NCBI GenBank assembly: GCA_028713995.1
Contig: JAQTNF010000007.1
Coordinates: forward strand, 1,740 to 65,739
Origin: Deltaproteobacteria bacterium
GTDB taxonomy: Bacteria; Myxococcota_A; Polyangia; JAAYKL01
Direction of reading: 5' to 3'
Length of the DNA stretch: 64,000 nt
The notes below the pieces were generated by a model. It ran no database searches. It saw only the letters and a program-made list of their open reading frames with translations, and was not told where the DNA came from. Positions 54,846-64,000 of this stretch are shown piece by piece (the stretch's first letter is position 1; each line of letters begins with the position of its first letter). A program made the translations under genes and the position numbers.

Positions 54846-57587
54846 TCAGGGCGTCCGGATCGCGACCAGCTCCAGGCAGGCGACGGCCGGCTCGCCCGAG
54901 GAGCCCGACAGCACGAGCGTGACCGAACCTTCGCCGGGGCGCACCGCGACCTCGAACGGCGAGCCCGACTTCCCGGGCTGTGAGATGTTCGTCGCGGCCG
55001 AGCTTCCGATCGCGAGCGAGGCGCGGACGCCGGAGCCGGAGCGCATGTACAGCCGGCCCTTGACGGAGGTCGCGGCCGACGGGAGGTCGAAAACCGCCTC
55101 GGTCCTGCCATGGCCCGGCACGCCGATGGCGAGGCAGGATCTGAGCTTGCCTCCCACGTCGCCGGCCGTGACGAGCCGGGGCGCGAGGTCGTGCTCGGCG
55201 CAGCCCGGGGACGGATCGCGGGTGAGGGGACGAACGCACGCGCATTTCGGGCTCATGGACACGCGCCATGGCCCTTCGCGGTGCGGCACCGAGAGCACCG
55301 AAGGGCCGGAGCGCTCGCCCGCGAGCCAGTCCCGGTCCACGGCCGCCTGGCCCGCCGCGACCGCGGCGCCGAAGCCGAGCACGACCACGGACACAAAGGC
55401 GATCGCGAGCCCCTTGTACACGGTCGCCATGCGCGCCTCGCCGAGCAGGCGGGGCAGGGGGCGGGCCTTCAGGAACAGACCCGCCACGGCCGCGAGGAGC
55501 ACGAGCATTCCCGCGACGGTGATGAGGTTCTCGACGGCCGTGTCGCGATACGCGAGCACGACGTCGCCGTCGCTCACGTCCCCCACGGACGACAGGGTCA
55601 TGCCGAACGCGCCGCGCGCGGCGATTGGCAGGGCCCGCCCGCCCTCGGTCGCGTGCCACTTGCGGTACGGCGGCTGGCCCACGAGGAGCCGCGAGCGCGA
55701 GGTGGCCCCGGACACGCGGATGACGCGGCGCTCGTCGCTCCACGAGACGACCTGCGCGCTGCCGCCGCCTTCGAGCGACACCGGGTACGCGACCGGCCCC
55801 TTCACCCGGTAGACGTGCTCCTCGCCCGCGGCTTGAAGCTCCTCGAGGCGCGGGCTCTTGAGGGGCCACCGCGACACCACGACCGACGCGCCGAGGGCGG
55901 CCATGGCGTCCGGGCTCGTGGTGTGGTTCACCCACTTGAAGTTGTTGGCCGGGATGATCTTGGTGGGCAGAAGGCCGAAGCCCGCGTCCGCGAAGGCGAA
56001 CATGGGGTAGCGGCCGCCGTATCCCGCCTTCTCGAAGTACACGGCCCTGCGCAGCCCGTTCTTGCGCCGCCTGCCCTCGTCGTCGAGCGCGCGCCGGATC
56101 GCGGACACGTGCGCGGCCTCGCCCGAATTGGCGAGCGTGAGCGGACGGGCCACGGGGCTCTTCACGAAGCCCGGCAACGACGACGCGAGCGCGAACATCA
56201 CGGGGGAAAGAACGACGGCCGCGGCCACGGTGAGCCAGGGCGTGTCGGCGACCTTGCGGACCTTCGTCGCGAGCGCGGCGAGGAGCCCTTGTCCGACGGT
56301 GGAGAGCCCGGCGCCGGCCATGGCGTACCACAGGGGCTTCATGGGGATGGAGAACCTGCGGTACTGCATGTTCGCGAACGTCTCGCCCATGAGGCCCAGG
56401 TCGAGGCCCATGACGAGATCCATGGAGCCCACCACCAGGAACGCCGCGAAGAGCAGGAGCACGAGCCAGCGGAACCGGCCGCCGAGCGCGATGAGCCGCA
56501 CCGCGCCCATGAGCGCCAGCACCGACACGAGCGCCATCTGGTTGTCGAAGAGACGGCCCTGTGCGGCGCGGCCCATGAGATCCTCGAGCGGGCCCCACAG
56601 GGCGCCGTAGGCGGTGTAGGCGTCCTTGGCGAGCATCATGCGCGCGACCCACACGAGGCCCACGATCCCGGCCGCGAAGAGCGCCACGATGATGCGGATC
56701 GCGCCGCGCTCGGCCCCGGGGGAGGAGTCCCGCCCCGCGCCGAACAGGCGCACCGCGAAAATCAGCACGCCCGCCGCCAGGATGGTCATGGAGTTCATGG
56801 GGTGCATCCACAAGGACACCCCGGACAGGAGCACGGCAACGGCCAGGCGGCGCGTGGTGCCCTTCTCGGCGAGGCGCCACAGGGCGAGCACCGCGAAGAG
56901 CCATACGCCCATGCCGAGCGTCTGCGGCCACACGCCGTGGAACATGGCGTACACCCAGCCGCCCTCCCGGTCGCCGCCCGCGTCGAGCGCGAGGGCGAGG
57001 CCCGCAAACGCAGCGCCCCACGGACCTGCCACGCGCCGCGCCACGGCCGTGGCCGCGAGCGCCGGGATGAGCCACACGAGCACGATGCCGAACGCGTAGC
57101 TCGCGGGCAGCGGCACGAGCCCGAACGTGACGAGGTGCGCGAGGCCGGTGACCAGGTACGCGGGCGTGGAGTACAGGTCGCCGAACGGGTAGCCCGTGCC
57201 GATGCGGTCGGTCCAGCCGAAGAAGCGCGCCGAAGGGATGAGGTCGTGCACCAGGATATCCGTGGCCAGGTAGTGGTTGGCGTGGTCCTGGCTGATGGGC
57301 GGCTGGCCGAGCGCCACGGGGCCCATGGCGATGAGCGTACCGGCCGTCACGATCAGGTACGGCCAGGCCTCGCGCGCGAGCTCCCGCCACGACGGGCGCA
57401 CGCGCTCAAAGAGCCGTCTTGCCTGCGGGGTCGCGGCGCGCCACAGGACGGGCGCGGCCAGCATGAACAGCGCGGTCGCGGTCCATCGGGCGGGCAGGCC
57501 CGCCGGGATCAGGAACGAGGCGAGGGCCAGGGCCGCGGCGAGCGCCGTGCCTGTCAGGTGTCCGTATCGTGTGAGCCAAGCGCGCAT
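54846..57587 (-). CDS. Large polytopic membrane protein (GT-C/YfhO-like topology) with C-terminal extracytoplasmic domain
   Basis: Twenty or more hydrophobic helices over the first ~640 aa, then a ~270-aa soluble domain. Family not assigned from sequence alone. Confidence 0.55.
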   Translation of the reverse strand: MRAWLTRYGHLTGTALAAALALASFLIPAGLPARWTATALFMLAAPVLWRAATPQARRLFERVRPSWRELAREAWPYLIVTAGTLIAMGPVALGQPPISQDHANHYLATDILVHDLIPSARFFGWTDRIGTGYPFGDLYSTPAYLVTGLAHLVTFGLVPLPASYAFGIVLVWLIPALAATAVARRVAGPWGAAFAGLALALDAGGDREGGWVYAMFHGVWPQTLGMGVWLFAVLALWRLAEKGTTRRLAVAVLLSGVSLWMHPMNSMTILAAGVLIFAVRLFGAGRDSSPGAERGAIRIIVALFAAGIVGLVWVARMMLAKDAYTAYGALWGPLEDLMGRAAQGRLFDNQMALVSVLALMGAVRLIALGGRFRWLVLLLFAAFLVVGSMDLVMGLDLGLMGETFANMQYRRFSIPMKPLWYAMAGAGLSTVGQGLLAALATKVRKVADTPWLTVAAAVVLSPVMFALASSLPGFVKSPVARPLTLANSGEAAHVSAIRRALDDEGRRRKNGLRRAVYFEKAGYGGRYPMFAFADAGFGLLPTKIIPANNFKWVNHTTSPDAMAALGASVVVSRWPLKSPRLEELQAAGEEHVYRVKGPVAYPVSLEGGGSAQVVSWSDERRVIRVSGATSRSRLLVGQPPYRKWHATEGGRALPIAARGAFGMTLSSVGDVSDGDVVLAYRDTAVENLITVAGMLVLLAAVAGLFLKARPLPRLLGEARMATVYKGLAIAFVSVVVLGFGAAVAAGQAAVDRDWLAGERSGPSVLSVPHREGPWRVSMSPKCACVRPLTRDPSPGCAEHDLAPRLVTAGDVGGKLRSCLAIGVPGHGRTEAVFDLPSAATSVKGRLYMRSGSGVRASLAIGSSAATNISQPGKSGSPFEVAVRPGEGSVTLVLSGSSGEPAVACLELVAIRTP

Positions 57588-57663
57588 GGGCGACCCGAAA
57601 CTAACCCGAATCCGCGGGGATGGGGAGGCCTATCCGCAGGCAGTGCCAGATCCCTTCTATGAC

Positions 57664-59289
57664 CTACTTGCGCCACACCTCGATGATGTGCGTGGGGGGG
57701 CCTGACGGGACGGTGACCGACGCGACGCGGCCCTTCCAGGACACCGTTTTCGGCGCGGCCGGCATCCCGTCCACCGTGATCGTGGAACCGGCCGGGAAAT
57801 GGCGGGCCGGGATGTACATCTCGCACGGCCCGGACGACCCGTTTTCGGTGAACGAAACCGTGAACATCCCCAGGGTCTGGTTGAAGTTTGTGACGAGCGG
57901 CGCGCCGGGGATGGCGCGCGCATACGGCCGGTCCACCCCGGCGACAAGCCAGGTGAGCGAGCCGTCGTCGTCGAGCAGGCTGTGGCTCTTCTCATCGTCA
58001 CGACCGTACGACCAGTACATGCCGCTCGCGAACCAACCGTCGAGCGCCTCGTACTGATCCCCCAGGAACGTCTTGCCGAGCACCGTGTCCCGGGGCACGC
58101 CGAACTCGCCGAGCCAGAGTGGCATCTTGAGGCGCAAGGTGTCTTCAATCATCGACTCGAACGCGTTGAAAACGTTGTCCACGTCGATCTCATAGACATG
58201 CGTGGCCTCGACGCCGGTCCCATAGTAGTGCGGAGCATAGACGAGGCCGTCGACCGCGAAGTTGGGCAGGGCCGTCGCTTTGCCGGAGTTGCGCATGCTG
58301 TTGGGCTCGACGAACATCAGCTTCCTGGGTGAAATCCCGCGCAGGCGGGTGATGATATCCTCATAGAACGGCGCCAGGTGCTGTTGATCGAAATGGGCGA
58401 GTGCAGCCGAGCCCCAGGACGGCTCGTTGTACAGATCGAAGCCGATGACGGCCGGACGGTCCTTCACGGCCTCGGCCAGACGCGCAAACGATTCGATGTA
58501 GTGGTCGCGCAACTCGGGCATGGCGAAAAATCGATCATAACAGGCCATCACTTCCTTCGCGAAGTAGTTGAGGGCCCATGGCTCCTTGGGAACGTAGGTC
58601 GCGTAGTATTCCTCCAGGCAGGCCCAGCGCGGCGCGCCGTCCCCCCAGAAGCCCCGGCCGAAGAGATCCTGGTGCATGTCCAGCACCACCCACAGGCCCG
58701 CGGCGGCCAGCCGATCGACCCACTCGACCACACCGGAAATGTACTGGTCGTTGAATTTCCCTTCCTCGGGCTCGATGGCCTCCCAGAAGACCAGGAAACG
58801 AACGGTATTGAAGCCCCAGGCCACCATGTTCTGGATATCGGCGTCGCTGGCCGCCGGAAGGAAATCGGGCGTGTACTTGGCGTCGCCGCTGAAGTTGACA
58901 CCGCGCAGGATGACGGTGCGGCCCTGCATGTCCTGGAGCCAAATGTCGGCGGTCCAAAGCAGTTCGTCGTTCCCGTCGCCGCCATCCGCCCCGCCATCGT
59001 CTACGCCGCCCGTGTCCGTGTCCGTGTCCGCATCGCCATCCGTGTCGGCGTCCGTGTCGGCGTCCGTGTCGGCGTCCGTGTCGGTGTCTGTGTCCGAATC
59101 CGCGTCCCCGCTGGTGGTGTCCGTGTCGTCGCCGGTGTCCTCGCTGGTGGTGTCCGTGTCGTCGCCGGTGTCCCCGCTGGTGGTGTCCGTGTCGTCGCCG
59201 ACGGTTTTAATCCCCCCCTCGCAGCCGAGCAGCCCCACGGTCAATACCGCGAGACCTGTCCTCGACAACCGATGATTTTTCATCCGCAT
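57664..59289 (-). CDS. Glycoside hydrolase family 5 lipoprotein with poly-acidic DTD linker
   Basis: Lipobox LLGC|EGG. About 70 aa of DTD/TSGD repeats. GH5 catalytic acid/base in DLYNEPS and nucleophile in LWLGEFG. Confidence 0.8.
   Translation of the reverse strand: MRMKNHRLSRTGLAVLTVGLLGCEGGIKTVGDDTDTTSGDTGDDTDTTSEDTGDDTDTTSGDADSDTDTDTDADTDADTDADTDGDADTDTDTGGVDDGGADGGDGNDELLWTADIWLQDMQGRTVILRGVNFSGDAKYTPDFLPAASDADIQNMVAWGFNTVRFLVFWEAIEPEEGKFNDQYISGVVEWVDRLAAAGLWVVLDMHQDLFGRGFWGDGAPRWACLEEYYATYVPKEPWALNYFAKEVMACYDRFFAMPELRDHYIESFARLAEAVKDRPAVIGFDLYNEPSWGSAALAHFDQQHLAPFYEDIITRLRGISPRKLMFVEPNSMRNSGKATALPNFAVDGLVYAPHYYGTGVEATHVYEIDVDNVFNAFESMIEDTLRLKMPLWLGEFGVPRDTVLGKTFLGDQYEALDGWFASGMYWSYGRDDEKSHSLLDDDGSLTWLVAGVDRPYARAIPGAPLVTNFNQTLGMFTVSFTENGSSGPCEMYIPARHFPAGSTITVDGMPAAPKTVSWKGRVASVTVPSGPPTHIIEVWRK
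58995..59205. repeat. Tandem repeats (12-nt gtccgtgtcggc x3; 30-nt gctggtggtgtccgtgtcgtcgccggtgtcc x3) encoding the acidic linker of the GH5 lipoprotein
   Basis: Perfect and near-perfect units read directly from the sequence. Confidence 0.85.
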
Positions 59290-59462
59290 GATTTATTATA
59301 ACATATCGTTTCCTTTGGTGCGACCGATTGATGCCAAGGCAGCGCGGTAGCGGCGGACGCTCAAGGAGGGGAGCTCGCCCCGAGCCGGCACCGCCCGCCC
59401 GTCCCTCCCGCCGTCTGCGCCCGCGGCTGACGTGCCTCGAGGTCCCGTGTATGATGCCGTCC

Positions 59463-60029
59463 ATGGAGCGGCTTTTGATCGCGGGAATCCTCGGCGGCAC
59501 GTTCGATCCGCCCCACGTCGGGCACCTCGCCCTGGCGCGCATCGCGCTCGCCTCGGGGCTCGTGGACCGCGCGTGGCTCGTGCCGTGCCTGAGACACCCG
59601 CTCGGCAAGGAGCCCGCGCCGTTCGAGGACCGCGTGGCCATGTGCCGCCTGCTCGTGCAAGGCGAGCCGGCCATGGATGTGCTCGAGATCGAGCGCGAGA
59701 TCGACGGCCCCGGCCGCACCCTCGACCTCGTCAACGCGCTGCGCGCGGCCCATCCGAACGTCGCGCTGCGGCTGCTCGCCGGCTCGGACATCTGGCACGA
59801 GCGCCACCTGTGGCACCGCTACGACGAGGTGGCCCGGCTCGCGCCGCCGATCTTCGTGCGCCGCGAGGGCGCGCCGCCCATCGCTGAGCCGTGCCTCGAC
59901 GCGCCGCCTCTGGTGAGCTCGAGCGAGCTGCGCGCGATCCTGGCGCGCGGGGAACGGCCCGCGGGGCTTGCGCCGGAGCCGGTGCTGGCCTACATCGAGG
60001 CGCACGGCCTCTACGGGTGCAAACCATGA
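59463..60029 (+). CDS. nadD: Nicotinate-nucleotide adenylyltransferase
   Basis: GGTFDPPHVGH (HxGH) motif. SxxxxR motif (SSSELRA). Start chosen at MERLLIAGILGG; alternative ATGs lie at 59451/59454. Confidence 0.8.
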   Translation: MERLLIAGILGGTFDPPHVGHLALARIALASGLVDRAWLVPCLRHPLGKEPAPFEDRVAMCRLLVQGEPAMDVLEIEREIDGPGRTLDLVNALRAAHPNVALRLLAGSDIWHERHLWHRYDEVARLAPPIFVRREGAPPIAEPCLDAPPLVSSSELRAILARGERPAGLAPEPVLAYIEAHGLYGCKP

Positions 60030-60892
60030 GCCACACGATCTTCATCCTGGGCGCGGGCAGCGTGGGCGGCTCCCTGGGGCTGTCGCTCTCGTTCGCGGGC
60101 AGGCGGGTCACGGGCGTGTACTCGCGCAGCGCGGATCGGGCGCGCGGCGCGGCCGAGGCGATCGGCACCGTGCCGTACCACGGCGACCTGTCGCGGGCCC
60201 TCATCGAGGCGGAGGTCGTCATCGTCGCGGTCCCGGATCCGTCCATCGAGGAGGTGGCGCATGAGGTGACGCGGCGCGAGCTGTGCGCCGCCGGCCAGGT
60301 CTGGCTGCACTGCTCGGGTCTGCTCGGACGTGCGGCCCTGGCCCCACTCGCGGGGCTCGTGGCGGGCATCGGCGCGTTCCACCCGGCCATGGTCTTCCCG
60401 CCCGGCCGCCTCACGATCGTCCCGGCCGGGGTGCGCTTTTCCGTGGAGGGCGACGAACCGGCGCTCGTGGCCGCGACGCGCCTGGCCCACGACCTCCACG
60501 GCGTTGCCGTGCCCGTCCCTCGCGAAGCGCGCCCCGCCTACCACGCGGCCATGGTGCTCGCGAGCAACGCACTGCTCGCGCTCCTATCCGAGGGGGGCGC
60601 CGTTCTGCGTGCGGCCGGGGTGGACGAGAGCCAGATCGAGCCCATGATCCTGTCGCTCGCCTCCGGTACGCTCGAGCGGGCGAACGAGTCGGGCGTGGAC
60701 GCGGCGCTGACCGGGCCCGTGCGAAGGGGCGACGCCGCGGCCGTGGCGAGGCACCTTGGGGCCCTCGCCGCCTTCCCCGAGACCCGCGAGCTTTACCGAC
60801 AGGCCCAACTCGCCTGCTTGCGCCTCGCGCGCCGCCTCGCGGAGCTCGACGACAAGACCCTCGCGGCCCTCACCGAGGCGCTTCGCCCGTGA
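60026..60892 (+). CDS. Rossmann-fold NAD(P)-binding protein (DUF2520/ProC-like)
   Basis: ATGA overlap with nadD. GxGxxG (ILGAGSVGG). Confidence 0.6.
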   Translation: MSHTIFILGAGSVGGSLGLSLSFAGRRVTGVYSRSADRARGAAEAIGTVPYHGDLSRALIEAEVVIVAVPDPSIEEVAHEVTRRELCAAGQVWLHCSGLLGRAALAPLAGLVAGIGAFHPAMVFPPGRLTIVPAGVRFSVEGDEPALVAATRLAHDLHGVAVPVPREARPAYHAAMVLASNALLALLSEGGAVLRAAGVDESQIEPMILSLASGTLERANESGVDAALTGPVRRGDAAAVARHLGALAAFPETRELYRQAQLACLRLARRLAELDDKTLAALTEALRP

Positions 60893-62124
60893 CGCGCGTG
60901 CTCCTCGCGCCGGTCGGATCCTGGGGCGACGTGCGGCCCATGCTGGCGCTGGGCAGGGCGCTTGCCGCGTCGGGCCACGCGGTCTCGCTCGCGGCGCCTC
61001 CCGACTTCGAGGCCGAGGCGGGCCGTCTCGGCTTCGCCTTCCACGCCGTGGGGCGTTCAGCCGAGGCCTTCTTGCACAACGAGTCCGCGGCCGTGGTCGC
61101 GCGGCCGATCGAGCGGCTCAAGGTGACGAGCCGCTACCTGGTCGAGGAGCTCTCCGTGCAGTTCGAGGGGCTCGCGCGCGCCGCGAAAGGAGCGGAGCTC
61201 GTCGTGGGCGCTTCCTTGCAGTTCGCCGCGCGGTCCGTGGCCGAGGCGCTTGGGCTGCCGTGCCGCTTCGTGGTTTTCTGCCCGCAGGCCCTGCGCTCGG
61301 CGAGCCACCCGCCGGTGATCGTTCCGTGGCAATCGATGCCGGGATCTGCGAACCTGTTTCTGTGGCGCGCGTCGGACCTGTTCTACGACCGGCTGCTCAC
61401 GAAAGCGCTCAACCGCTGCCGCGCCGATCTTGGGCTCGCATCTGTGCGGCGCTACACGGGTCACATGAACGCCGTGCCGATGATCGTGGCTTCGGACGAA
61501 GCGCTCGCGCCCGTCCCCGACGACGTGCGGCCGCGACCGGTGCAGAGCAGCGCATGGCACCTCGATGACGACGAAGCTCTCTCGCCGGACCTGGAGGCGT
61601 TCCTCGCCGTGGGCGAGGCGCCCCTGTACATGGGCTTCGGCAGCATGACCGATCCTGAGCCGGAGAGAACGACCGCGATCCTGGCCGAGGCCTCGCGGAT
61701 CTCGGGAACGCGTATGGTGCTCGCGCGAGGATGGGCCGGGTTGGGGAGGGATCCGCTGCCGGACGAGATCCTTGCGATCGATCGCGCCCCGCACGCGACG
61801 CTCTTTCCCCGCGTCGCGGCGGCCGTGCACCACGGCGGTGCGGGCACGACGGCTGCAGCGGCGCGCGCCGGCATCCCTCAGCTCATCGTTCCGCACCTGC
61901 TCGACCAGTTCTTCTGGGGCGCGCGCATCTATCGCCTGGGGCTCGGCCCGAGGCCGATCCCGCGATCGAAGCTCACGGTCGAGCGACTCGCCGGCGCATT
62001 CGCGGCTCTGCGCTCCGATCCGGAATACGCGCAGCGCGCGAGGATCATGGGCGAGACCATCCGCGGCGCGGACCGCCTGGCCGAGACCGCGAGTCGGCTC
62101 ACGTCGGGGACTCTTCGCCCTTGA
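60889..62124 (+). CDS. GT1-family glycosyltransferase (MGT/UDP-glycosyltransferase type)
   Basis: GTG start overlapping the upstream TGA (GTGA). N-terminal acceptor domain with PxGSxGDVxP-like motif (APVGSWGDVRPM). C-terminal UDP-sugar motif HHGGAGT...PQL..P...DQ. Confidence 0.75.
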   Translation: MTRVLLAPVGSWGDVRPMLALGRALAASGHAVSLAAPPDFEAEAGRLGFAFHAVGRSAEAFLHNESAAVVARPIERLKVTSRYLVEELSVQFEGLARAAKGAELVVGASLQFAARSVAEALGLPCRFVVFCPQALRSASHPPVIVPWQSMPGSANLFLWRASDLFYDRLLTKALNRCRADLGLASVRRYTGHMNAVPMIVASDEALAPVPDDVRPRPVQSSAWHLDDDEALSPDLEAFLAVGEAPLYMGFGSMTDPEPERTTAILAEASRISGTRMVLARGWAGLGRDPLPDEILAIDRAPHATLFPRVAAAVHHGGAGTTAAAARAGIPQLIVPHLLDQFFWGARIYRLGLGPRPIPRSKLTVERLAGAFAALRSDPEYAQRARIMGETIRGADRLAETASRLTSGTLRP

Positions 62125-63508
62125 ACGCGGAGCATGCCGCCGAAAGCACGGCCACAACTGCGGCGACGAGGATCGCGATCTCGAAGGCGCGGTAGTCGGA
62201 CGCGCTCCACGGGTGCCCGCTCGTGCCGCCCGCGGCGCGGAACACGGCAGTGGCCGCGGCCACCCCCATCATCATGCCCAGGTTGCGCGAGAGCGCGACG
62301 AGGCTCCCGGCGATGCCCTGCCGGCTTTGGGGCGCGGCGCCCATGAGCGCGCTCGAGTTGGGCGAGATGAAGATGCCGGTGCCGAGGCCCACCACGCCGG
62401 AGCACGCGGCGATGACCTGGATGGCCGTGCCCGGCCCGGTGAGGGAGAGGCCGGCGAGCCCCGCGGCCACGAGCAGCATGCCGAAGGTCGACAGCCCGCG
62501 GCTCCCGAGCCTGTCCGACGCCCAGCCCGACGGCGTGGCGACGAGGGCCATGGCCACGGGCTGCGCCGAGAGCACGAGCCCGGCCGTGGCCGGAGGGAGC
62601 CCGCGTCCTTCCACGAGCAGGAAGGGCAAAAGGATGTTGGGCACGAACAGCGCCAAATAATTGCCGAGCGCGGCCAGCGCGGCCAGCGAGAACACGCGCG
62701 AGCGGAACAGGCCGAGGTCGACGAGCGGGTAGGAGCGGCGCGACTCGATGCGGACGAACAGGGCCAGGATTGCCGCGCCCGCGCCCGCACCGCCCAGCGT
62801 CTGCCACGACGTCCATCCGAAGCGCTGGCCCTCGGCGACCGAGAGGAGGAGGAGCGGCAGGCCGAGGAGCATGGCCACGGCGCCGCCCACGTCGAAACCG
62901 GCGCGCTCGGCGCGCTTGGGCGGGGGCGGCAGGCAGGCGAGCCCGATTGCGAAGATGACCACCGAGAGCGGCACGTTGACGAGAAACGTCGATCGCCAAC
63001 CCCACGCGGAGATGATGAGCCCGCCCACCAGCGGACCGCTCGACAGTCCGATGTACGTGCACGTGGCGAGCATCCCGAGGGCGCGGCCGCGCTCCTTGCC
63101 CGGGAAGCTCGTCGTAAGGAGCGCCGGGCCGGCCACCATGACCATGGCGCCCGCCACCCCTTGCAGCACGCGGCCCGCCACGAGGAGCGCGAAGCTCGGC
63201 GCGAGGCCGCACAGGAGCGAGGCGAGCCCGAGCAGAACGTAGCCGGACCGGAAGATCGTCCGGTGCGAGAGCATGTCGCCGGCCCGGCCGGCCACGGGCA
63301 GAAGCGCCGTGACGATCACCAGGAAGGCGAGCATGACCCAGCGCGAGAGCTCGAGGGTGACGCCCAGATCGCGCCCCACGGCCGGCAGCGCCAGCGAGAC
63401 CGTCGAGCTGGTCACGGACGTGAACAGGGTGCCGGCGCCCACGGCGAAGAGCACACGGCCCGGCCGGACGGCGGCCATATCGGGCGGACGGACAGGCTGC
63501 GGTCTCAC
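62099..63508 (-). CDS. MFS transporter (DHA2-like, 14 TM)
   Basis: Hydropathy of a 14-helix MFS. Motif A-like G(R/K) loops. Alternative ATG start at 63478. Confidence 0.75.
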   Translation of the reverse strand: MRPQPVRPPDMAAVRPGRVLFAVGAGTLFTSVTSSTVSLALPAVGRDLGVTLELSRWVMLAFLVIVTALLPVAGRAGDMLSHRTIFRSGYVLLGLASLLCGLAPSFALLVAGRVLQGVAGAMVMVAGPALLTTSFPGKERGRALGMLATCTYIGLSSGPLVGGLIISAWGWRSTFLVNVPLSVVIFAIGLACLPPPPKRAERAGFDVGGAVAMLLGLPLLLLSVAEGQRFGWTSWQTLGGAGAGAAILALFVRIESRRSYPLVDLGLFRSRVFSLAALAALGNYLALFVPNILLPFLLVEGRGLPPATAGLVLSAQPVAMALVATPSGWASDRLGSRGLSTFGMLLVAAGLAGLSLTGPGTAIQVIAACSGVVGLGTGIFISPNSSALMGAAPQSRQGIAGSLVALSRNLGMMMGVAAATAVFRAAGGTSGHPWSASDYRAFEIAILVAAVVAVLSAACSAFKGEESPT

Positions 63509-63519
63509 GGGGAAGCCCG

Positions 63520-63993
63520 CTACGGCCCTTCGCTACCCGGTCCGAACGACCGCGCGAAGAGATCGCGGATCGCGGCGCGGCCCTCGGGCGTGAGCGAGCG
63601 CGTGCCCGTGCCGCAGAAGCGCAGGTGGGTCACCACGGGCGGCGGCACCGCGACCCAGTCGGATCCGCGCCACGCGAACCAGCCCCTTCGCTCCTGATCG
63701 AAGACCTGCAAAGGTTTTCTCCAGCGGCGGGCCAGCTCCGCGGCCCAGCCCGTGCCGCCCTTGAAGGTCTTGTCGGGCTGGATGACGCCCACGGCGAAGA
63801 CCTCGCCGGCCGAGCTGACCTGGTGCCAGATGGATTGCATGATCTTGCGGAAGTCCGCCGTGCGCGGATAGTTGCGGTGCATGTGCGCCGACAGGTACGT
63901 GAAGCTCACGTCCCCCTGCCGCAGCTCCTCGTCGTCGAGCACGACGAGCCCGCGGCTTCGGGCCACCGCGCGGCCCACGAACGTGTAGTTCAC
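63520..63993 (-). CDS. Hypothetical protein (5' end may extend past the window edge)
   Basis: The ORF reaches within 7 nt of the window end, and the ORF track starts it on a GTG. No assignable domain. Confidence 0.35.
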   Translation of the reverse strand: MNYTFVGRAVARSRGLVVLDDEELRQGDVSFTYLSAHMHRNYPRTADFRKIMQSIWHQVSSAGEVFAVGVIQPDKTFKGGTGWAAELARRWRKPLQVFDQERRGWFAWRGSDWVAVPPPVVTHLRFCGTGTRSLTPEGRAAIRDLFARSFGPGSEGP

Positions 63994-64000
63994 CTCGGCC

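Noticed and set aside
55110-57662. 850-aa plus-strand ORF
   Set aside because: Antisense to the large polytopic membrane protein 54846..57587.
1-64000. tRNA, rRNA, CRISPR arrays, transposases/integrases
   Set aside because: Intergenic regions were scanned by eye for T-loop GTTCGAATCC-type motifs, regularly spaced direct repeats and IS terminal inverted repeats; none were found. The only regular repeats are in-frame codon repeats within CDSs.

Overview
High-GC (~68-70%) chromosomal segment, probably from a member of the Myxococcota. Evidence for that placement: Myxococcus-type cysteine-rich repeats, a MYXO-CTERM-like GCGC tail, a DUF4388 domain and FG-GAP arrays. The window mixes housekeeping operons with an accessory set of secreted lipoproteins and glycosylation genes. 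Housekeeping: grpE-dnaK-dnaJ on the minus strand; a divergent ECF sigma/anti-sigma pair; a sigma-54 activator with an FHA domain; an Rrf2-cysK-larE-like-bioB operon; a uvrD/pcrA helicase; sppA; nadD; and a tatD / B12-radical-SAM / ygiQ operon. Accessory: a ~7.7 kb gene for a giant FG-GAP and cysteine-rich repeat lipoprotein; at least five lipoproteins in which the lipobox Cys is followed by a poly-acidic D-T/S-D linker encoded by tandem GAC-ACG-GAY repeats; a GH5 glycanase; a lytic transglycosylase; a TonB-like protein; PMT/ArnT-like GT-C glycosyltransferases; and a composite c-di-GMP-type signalling protein (MshEN-HD-GYP-REC-DUF4388) next to a B12-binding radical SAM enzyme. The single strongest anomaly is a ~1.5 kb low-GC (~40%) cassette at 3545..5030. 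It consists of essentially one GT-C membrane glycosyltransferase gene, lies between two lipoprotein genes, and is flanked by an imperfect ~78 bp direct repeat. No rRNA, tRNA, CRISPR array or transposase was recognised. Many long Arg-rich ORFs in the six-frame track are antisense artefacts of the high GC content and are not reported as genes. All internal start codons were derived by arithmetic from ORF-track ends; my line-position reading of the raw sequence may be off by about 1 nt in places.
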